From a virus (Duplodnaviria; Caudoviricetes): 29,738 nt of DNA. Position 1 is the first letter of the stretch, and every line of letters starts with the position of its first letter. The position numbers and the translations under genes were made by a program. A model generated the notes under the pieces. It had not been told where the DNA came from. It did no database searches and worked only from the letters and a program-made list of their open reading frames with translations. Below are positions 24,297 through 29,738 of this stretch, one piece after another. The stretch spans positions 1 through 29,738 of the IMG/VR virus record IMGVR_UViG_3300009593_002049; one strand, written 5' to 3'.

Positions 24297-26209
24297 GTTG
24301 GACACCATTACACCTTCACACGCACTATAGCCTCTTAGATGGACTCAGTAAGCCCTCACAGGTTGCTGAGCGATGTTCTGAGCTGGGTTACACTTCTTGC
24401 GCGTTAACGGATCATGGCACTATATCAGGCGCTGTGGCCTTCACTCAGGCAATGAAGAAAAAGAATATCAAACCTATTCTCGGTTGTGAGTTCTACCTAA
24501 GCCAGCAAGATTGCACTGTGAAGAGCGACGAAAATAAGAAGCTTAGTCATCTTTGCATACTTGCTAAAAACAAAAAAGGTTGGCACAACCTAATACAAGC
24601 TGTTTCTAAAAGCAATGATGAAGAAAACTACTACTATAAACCAAGACTTGATTTAAATACTCTTGGCCAATTTGCAGATGGAAATCTCATAGCGTTTAGT
24701 GGTCATCTTGGTAGCGATTTAGCAAATGCAATATTTATTGATGCAAAGTCTGCTTATAACGCTCAAACAGAAGAAGAGGCCATAAGATTCACACACCCCG
24801 ACTGGGTTGACAATGTGCTGTTTGTTGCCAATAGATACAAAGAGATATTTGGTAAAGACAACTTCTTCATAGAGATACAGGCAATAGACCAAGACAAGTC
24901 TCCAGCAGCTACTGTTGTTGCCAAAGGTTTAAGGTATATCGCTAAGAAATATAAGTTTCAATCTGTTGCGACTGCTGACTCTCACTACCCCAGAAGACAA
25001 GACGCAGAAGATCAGCTATTGTTACTATGCTCTTCAATGAAGACAACTCTTCGCAAAGCAAAAAATAAATTAAAGGAGACTGGTGACTCAGCATTTAGCG
25101 GTTTCATGAACTCAGACTCTTTTCACATACCCGCGTTAGAAGAAATACAAGCAGTAAATACTGCCGCTGAAATTGATATGGCAATGCAAATATCTTCTAT
25201 GTGCGAAGACTATAATATTTTAGGGCAACCAATGCTGCCTAAATTCAAATGTCCAAAAGAGGCTTCAGAAGATCAGTACCTAAGACAATTATGCAGAGAA
25301 GGTTGGAAAAATAGACTAGAACCTACTGGTAAAATAAACCTTCAGCAATCAAAAGATCTATACACGGAACAAATCAAGAAAGAGCTTGATGTAATCAGTG
25401 AAGCCAACCTAGCTGGGTACTTTTTAATAGTAAGAGATATTGTAAATAGCGTAGTAGATAAGAACTATATTCCCGGTCCGGGTAGAGGTTCTGCTGCTGG
25501 ATGTTTAGTATCATACTTAGTTGGTATAACACAAGTTGATCCAATAGAATATGGCTTGATCTTTGAAAGATTCTACAATGCTGGTAGAAACACTGGAGGA
25601 CATGTATCTTTGCCAGATATCGACATCGACGTTCCAGCTACTAAAAGAGATGAAACAATAGATTACATCAGATCAAAGTATGGAAACGATAGAGTTGGTC
25701 AGATGGTGACTTTTGGAAGACTTCAAGGTAGAAGTTCATTGACAGAAGTTTTGAGAATCAATGAAGCTCCTTTAGGTTATGAGGAGATGAAAGAAATCAC
25801 AAAAAGTTTGCCTCATGAACACGAAGTTTCTGACCAATTAGCAGAAATGGATGAGCCGTCTGTTATTCAATGGACATTGATGAATCAACCAGAAACATTA
25901 AGAGATTATTGCAGACTCAACGACGACGGAGAATTAGAAGGAAATCTTGCTACATACTTCAAGCAGGCCATGCGTATTGAGGGTACATTTAAATCGCAAG
26001 GTAAACATGCCGCAGGAGTAGTAATATCTTCTCATAAACTGGACGATGTTTGTCCAATGGTTAGAGACAAGAGGGGTTCTGATAAAATAGCTGGAATGGA
26101 AATGAATGACCTTGAATCAATGGGTCATGTTAAGTTTGACATATTAGGTATTTCCTTGATGGACAAGTTAATGGGTATAAGAGATCAATTAGGAAAAGAA
26201 GATGTCTAA
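24293..26209 (+). CDS. dnaE: DNA polymerase III alpha, N-terminal subunit (PHP, palm, thumb)
   Basis: HLHTHYSLLDG, LTDHG, GCEF, TADSHY, GPGRGSAAG, PDIDID, KHAAGVV, KFDILG; stops about 20 aa after KFDILG. Confidence 0.95.
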   Translation: MSWTPLHLHTHYSLLDGLSKPSQVAERCSELGYTSCALTDHGTISGAVAFTQAMKKKNIKPILGCEFYLSQQDCTVKSDENKKLSHLCILAKNKKGWHNLIQAVSKSNDEENYYYKPRLDLNTLGQFADGNLIAFSGHLGSDLANAIFIDAKSAYNAQTEEEAIRFTHPDWVDNVLFVANRYKEIFGKDNFFIEIQAIDQDKSPAATVVAKGLRYIAKKYKFQSVATADSHYPRRQDAEDQLLLLCSSMKTTLRKAKNKLKETGDSAFSGFMNSDSFHIPALEEIQAVNTAAEIDMAMQISSMCEDYNILGQPMLPKFKCPKEASEDQYLRQLCREGWKNRLEPTGKINLQQSKDLYTEQIKKELDVISEANLAGYFLIVRDIVNSVVDKNYIPGPGRGSAAGCLVSYLVGITQVDPIEYGLIFERFYNAGRNTGGHVSLPDIDIDVPATKRDETIDYIRSKYGNDRVGQMVTFGRLQGRSSLTEVLRINEAPLGYEEMKEITKSLPHEHEVSDQLAEMDEPSVIQWTLMNQPETLRDYCRLNDDGELEGNLATYFKQAMRIEGTFKSQGKHAAGVVISSHKLDDVCPMVRDKRGSDKIAGMEMNDLESMGHVKFDILGISLMDKLMGIRDQLGKEDV

Positions 26210-26420
26210 ACAAAGCTACAGAGAAAACGTAAGAGAAAGAATAACAAACGGACGCTACAGCGAATACAAAGGTCTTAGCATATGTATGATAAATGACTTT
26301 TACGAACCAATGAACAAAAAAATAAAATATCAGGTTCATTGCCGTTCATTTAGCGGCCTGTATGAAAATATAGAAGAAGCATTGAATAAATTTTTTGAGT
26401 TGAGAAGGAAAATGAGATGA
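26202..26420 (+). CDS. Hypothetical protein between the dnaE halves
   Basis: 72 aa; overlaps the dnaE-N stop and the exonuclease start (ATGA). Confidence 0.7.
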   Translation: MSKQSYRENVRERITNGRYSEYKGLSICMINDFYEPMNKKIKYQVHCRSFSGLYENIEEALNKFFELRRKMR

Positions 26421-27100
26421 ACTACAGAGATATAATTGTATTTGACTTTGAAACAGGTTCTAGGAATCCTGACAAAACCCAGCCTGTACAAATTGCCGCA
26501 GTTGCAATTCATGGCAGAAACTTAACATTACAACCAGATGGCTATTTTGAGAGCCTGATACGTCCTGTACTGGACGACGAGGAAGCCATTAGCATGGGAC
26601 TAGACCCCATCGAAGACGAGGCTTTAGCGGTCAACGGAAAGACTAGAGAAGAGTTGGCAAAAGCTCCATCAGAACGAACAGTTTGGAAAAAGTTTACAAA
26701 CTTTGTAAATAGGTACAATTTCAAAAACAAACCATTTTACGCGCCAATCGCTGCTGGTTACAATATCGTTGGTTTTGACATGCCGATTGTACAAAGAATG
26801 TGTGAGCTATACGGGCCAATCGACAAGAAAACCGGAAAGCAGACTCTCTTTAATAAAATCCACAGAGTTGATGTGATGGATACCATGTGGATGTGGATGG
26901 AGAATAATGCCGATGTAAAGTCATTGAGCATGGATTCAATGCGAGACTTGTTTGGTATGAGTAAAGAAAATGCTCACGATGCATTACAAGATGTTAAAGA
27001 TACAGCTAATTTGATGATTCGATTCATGAAGCTACATAGAAGAGTAGCTCCAAAAATAACATTTGAAAAATCATTTGCAGACGGTGAAACATACATTTGA
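26417..27100 (+). CDS. DEDDh 3'-5' exonuclease (DnaQ/epsilon-like)
   Basis: ExoI FDFETG, ExoII GYNIVGFD, ExoIII HDALQD. Confidence 0.92.
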   Translation: MNYRDIIVFDFETGSRNPDKTQPVQIAAVAIHGRNLTLQPDGYFESLIRPVLDDEEAISMGLDPIEDEALAVNGKTREELAKAPSERTVWKKFTNFVNRYNFKNKPFYAPIAAGYNIVGFDMPIVQRMCELYGPIDKKTGKQTLFNKIHRVDVMDTMWMWMENNADVKSLSMDSMRDLFGMSKENAHDALQDVKDTANLMIRFMKLHRRVAPKITFEKSFADGETYI

Positions 27101-27116
27101 TAAATTAAGGTGAATT

Positions 27117-28703
27117 ATGTCTGATTTTAATCCACTTGACGTTAGTTTTGACGACACTCAGACTTGGGACTTAATATGCTCTGGAAGAACTAAAGGCATA
27201 TTCCAGCTAGAAAGCAATTTAGGTAGGTCTTGGGCTAAAAGAGTGCAGCCAAAGAACATTGAAGAGCTTTCTGCTTTGATATCAATTATCAGGCCGGGAA
27301 CTCTAAAAGCCATAGTAGATGGCAAAACAATGACTCAACACTTTGTTGACAGAAAGAATGGAGTTGAAGAGATAACTTATCTCCATCCATCTCTTGAGCC
27401 AATTTTAAAAGGAACTCAAGGAGTCCTTGTCTACCAAGAGCAATCTATGCAGATAGCTCAACAGCTTGCTGGTTTTGACCTTCAAGAAGCCGACAATCTG
27501 CGTAAAGCGATTGGAAAGAAAAAAGCAGACCTTATGGCTAAAGTCAAAGAGTCATTTTTAAAAGGTGCATCTGAACAAGGAATTGTAAGTAATGAAGTTG
27601 CTGAGGAGATATTTAGTTGGATTGAAAAGTCCAGCAGGTATGCTTTCAATAAGTCTCACGCTGTTTCTTACGCTATTTGCGCTTACTGGAGTGCTTATGC
27701 TAAGGCTCATTATCCTCTTGAGTTTTATTGCAACTACCTTCTACATTCGTCTGGAAAGCCTGATCCTCAACAAGAAGTTAAACAGCTTGTAAACGATGCT
27801 AAAAATTTGGACATATACATCAACCCTCCGTCACTCAAAAAAATGAATACCTACACTGACATAATCGACGGAAGAATATGTTTTGGATTCTTAGATGTAA
27901 AAACTGTAGGTCTCAAACAAGTTGAAAAGATGAAGTCTGTAATAGAGGAAGTAGAAGAGTTGTCTAACAAACCTTTTACTGACTGGACATGGTACGAGTT
28001 TCTAATCTTAGCCTCATCAAAGTGTAATTCTAGAATGATGATAGCATTGATATCTATAGGATTTTTTCATGAGTTTCCTGAATCTAGACAACGGATGCTA
28101 GATGAGCTTGACACTTGGAGCAACATAACCAAGAAAGAGCAGGAATGGGCTATTGCTAATGTTTCAGACTTTGATTCTTTAGTGAGTCTATTAAAAGCTA
28201 TGGCTCCAACGAAGAAGTCTGGAGGAGCTACTCATAACGCAAAGAGATCTCAAATCATATCTGATCTAGTGATTCAATGTGAAAATCCTTCTTATTCATT
28301 AAAGGATGAGCCTGAGTGGGTTGTTAGAACAGAAGAGAACTATCTTGGCGTTTCCTTGAGTCATTCTAGGATTGAGTCTTACAACACTAGCCTAGCGAAT
28401 ACCACAGTAAAAGAATTCACCTCTGGCAAGAGAGGTGATGTTAAGATGGCTGTAACTATATCTGATGTCAAAAAGTATGTGACAAAAAGAGGCAAAATGA
28501 AGGGTGTAGAAATGGCTTTCATATGCGCAGAAGACCAGACTGGAACCATAGACACGATAACCGTATTTGCAGACAACTGGAAGAAATTCAAAAACGTTCT
28601 TTATGAAGGAAATAACGTTATATTGAAAGGTCAAGATTCCAGAAACATAAGAAATCAAATAGACGATGGATTCATAGTAGAAGACGTTATTGAATTATCC
28701 TAA
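27117..28703 (+). CDS. dnaE: DNA polymerase III alpha, C-terminal subunit (fingers, HhH, OB fold)
   Basis: Own SD AAGGTG; DDTQTWDLI, GIFQLES, IIRPG, GVLVYQEQ, ADNLRKAIGKKK, YAFNKSHA, MAFICAEDQTG. Confidence 0.95.
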   Translation: MSDFNPLDVSFDDTQTWDLICSGRTKGIFQLESNLGRSWAKRVQPKNIEELSALISIIRPGTLKAIVDGKTMTQHFVDRKNGVEEITYLHPSLEPILKGTQGVLVYQEQSMQIAQQLAGFDLQEADNLRKAIGKKKADLMAKVKESFLKGASEQGIVSNEVAEEIFSWIEKSSRYAFNKSHAVSYAICAYWSAYAKAHYPLEFYCNYLLHSSGKPDPQQEVKQLVNDAKNLDIYINPPSLKKMNTYTDIIDGRICFGFLDVKTVGLKQVEKMKSVIEEVEELSNKPFTDWTWYEFLILASSKCNSRMMIALISIGFFHEFPESRQRMLDELDTWSNITKKEQEWAIANVSDFDSLVSLLKAMAPTKKSGGATHNAKRSQIISDLVIQCENPSYSLKDEPEWVVRTEENYLGVSLSHSRIESYNTSLANTTVKEFTSGKRGDVKMAVTISDVKKYVTKRGKMKGVEMAFICAEDQTGTIDTITVFADNWKKFKNVLYEGNNVILKGQDSRNIRNQIDDGFIVEDVIELS

Positions 28704-28749
28704 CCTACCACTTAAAATAGTTAAAACACCTCACTTGATAGGAAAAAAT

Positions 28750-29100
28750 ATGAACACCATTTCAAACTACTGCCGATTTATTGGAAGACTCACAGAAGAT
28801 CCAAAAATGGTTGAATTTGAAAATACCAGACTTTGGACTTTTAGTTTGGCTATAACTGAGTATAGAAAAGAAAAGACTGGCGAAAAAAAGAAGTCAACTA
28901 ATTTCTTCGACTTTGAAGCTTGGGACTCTGGTGGTGATGCAATTGGCAAACATTGCTCTAAAGGCGATATAATTGATCTAGTGGCCTCTGCTAGAAACAA
29001 TTCTTGGACTGACAAAAATGGAAATAAAAGGTTCGCAACAAAGTTTAGAGTTAAAGAATTCAAGCTCTTCAACTCAAAACCAAAAGAGCAATTTGTATAA
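28750..29100 (+). CDS. ssb: Single-stranded DNA-binding protein (OB fold, no acidic tail)
   Basis: NYCRFIGRLTEDP, FSLAI, FFDFEAW, KGD, WTDKNGNKR; start at ATG 28750 after AGGA. Confidence 0.9.
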   Translation: MNTISNYCRFIGRLTEDPKMVEFENTRLWTFSLAITEYRKEKTGEKKKSTNFFDFEAWDSGGDAIGKHCSKGDIIDLVASARNNSWTDKNGNKRFATKFRVKEFKLFNSKPKEQFV

Positions 29101-29584
29101 GAAAAACAAGAACATCAATAAAGAGCTTGAAGAAGAGCTGATTCATGATCATTATGGATTAGTTGTATCTCAAGCTCTTTGTTTTTTGCATGATGCACAG
29201 GATGAAAACTTTGATGACTATATGCAGGTTGGTCTTATAGGACTACTTAAAGCTATAAGAGAACATGATCCAGACAAGTCTAAGTTTAGTACTTACGCAA
29301 GCGTGTGCATAAAAAACGCAATAAAAAATCTAAAAACAAAGCAAGAAAAAAAAGACTCTATCAAATACGAATACTCAAAAGTAAAAGAGGGTTCTTACGA
29401 CATAACGGATAATATATTTGACTGCTTGCCAGATACATTATCCGAAAGACAGCTATTCATAATAAAGCTGAAATCTCAAAACTATACAAACGCTGAAATA
29501 GCTGATCTAATATCTTGCACAAAACAAAACGTAATTGAGGAAGTTGATTTAATTATCAAATCTTTGAGAGAAACAAATACATGA
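29093..29584 (+). CDS. Sigma-70 family RNA polymerase sigma factor (second copy; start uncertain)
   Basis: DDYMQVGLIGLLKAIREHDPDKSKFSTYASVCIKNAI (region 2); LSERQ...YTNAEIADLISCTKQNV (region 4). TTG 29093 chosen. Confidence 0.88.
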   Translation: MYKKNKNINKELEEELIHDHYGLVVSQALCFLHDAQDENFDDYMQVGLIGLLKAIREHDPDKSKFSTYASVCIKNAIKNLKTKQEKKDSIKYEYSKVKEGSYDITDNIFDCLPDTLSERQLFIIKLKSQNYTNAEIADLISCTKQNVIEEVDLIIKSLRETNT

Positions 29585-29738
29585 GAAAAAAAAGAATACT
29601 CTTTTGTGGGGAAGCTACTTATCTAAACACTGGATATGCAACCTATTTGAGAGAGATAATGAAGGTTTTATATTCGACTCAGAAGTATGAGCTTGCAGAG
29701 TTCGCAAGTTATGGTAAGAACGGTGATCCAAGAAGCGT
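29581..29738 (+). CDS. Probable glycosyltransferase (GT-B/GT4-like), 3'-truncated
   Basis: ATGA overlap; MRKKRILFCGEATYLNTGYATYLREIMKVL fits the GT-B N-terminal strand-loop(TGY)-helix; open to the window end. Confidence 0.6.
   Translation, partial: MRKKRILFCGEATYLNTGYATYLREIMKVLYSTQKYELAEFASYGKNGDPRS

Larger units (their letters stand above)
1..29738 (+). mobile_element. Segment of a large dsDNA bacteriophage genome (nucleotide metabolism, replication/recombination and accessory modules)
   Basis: Unidirectional compact genes; typical large-phage set (nrdAB, dut, phoH, dNMP kinase, RecA, DnaB, DnaG, DnaE, SSB, minimal sigma factors, holin-like ORFs) mixed with many short hypotheticals; no rRNA, ribosomal protein or other cellular housekeeping operons. 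Confidence 0.9.

Noticed and set aside
26100-27200. Split intein or self-splicing intron joining the dnaE halves
   Set aside because: No Cys/Ser-initiated intein block after the palm, no His-Asn/Cys junction at the start of the C-half, and the gap is fully occupied by coupled ORFs with no visible intron core or homing endonuclease.
217-29072. All minus-strand ORFs and short nested plus-strand ORFs in the track
   Set aside because: They lie within well-supported + strand genes, lack motifs and RBSs, and look like shadow frames.
29018-29092. N-terminal extension of the second sigma factor from ATG 29018
   Set aside because: It overlaps ssb by more than 80 nt and is Ser/Gln/Asn-rich shadow sequence; TTG 29093 is more plausible.
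1-29738. Alternative genetic code (stop-codon reassignment seen in some large phages)
   Set aside because: Conserved genes are full length in the standard code, and TAA, TAG and TGA all end genes at expected positions.

Overview
AT-rich, gene-dense segment of a large dsDNA bacteriophage genome. Every credible gene is on the + strand, and many are coupled by ATGA/TAATG overlaps. Left part (1-9.9 kb): ClpP-like protein, sigma factor, degenerate DeoC-like barrel, Gly/Ala/Thr-rich putative virion protein, small membrane/holin-like proteins, an M19 dipeptidase, two tandem thioredoxins and a sugar-modification cluster. A structured ~150-nt non-coding element precedes the nucleotide-metabolism block (nrdA, nrdB, dut, phoH). 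A recombination/replication block follows: RecA, nucleases, DnaB, DnaG, dNMP kinase, Cas4/AddB-like nuclease, a two-gene DnaE with a DEDDh exonuclease between the halves, and SSB, then a second sigma factor and a truncated glycosyltransferase. Most notable: (i) an intein-free split DNA polymerase III alpha; (ii) an NrdB with the class Ic (Mn/Fe, no tyrosyl radical) signature; (iii) a candidate switch/pseudoknot RNA upstream of nrdA; (iv) several enzymes lacking catalytic residues; (v) a GTGTATAATA promoter motif whose variants sit inside hairpins. All calls come from motif recognition by eye; no database searches or folding programs were run.
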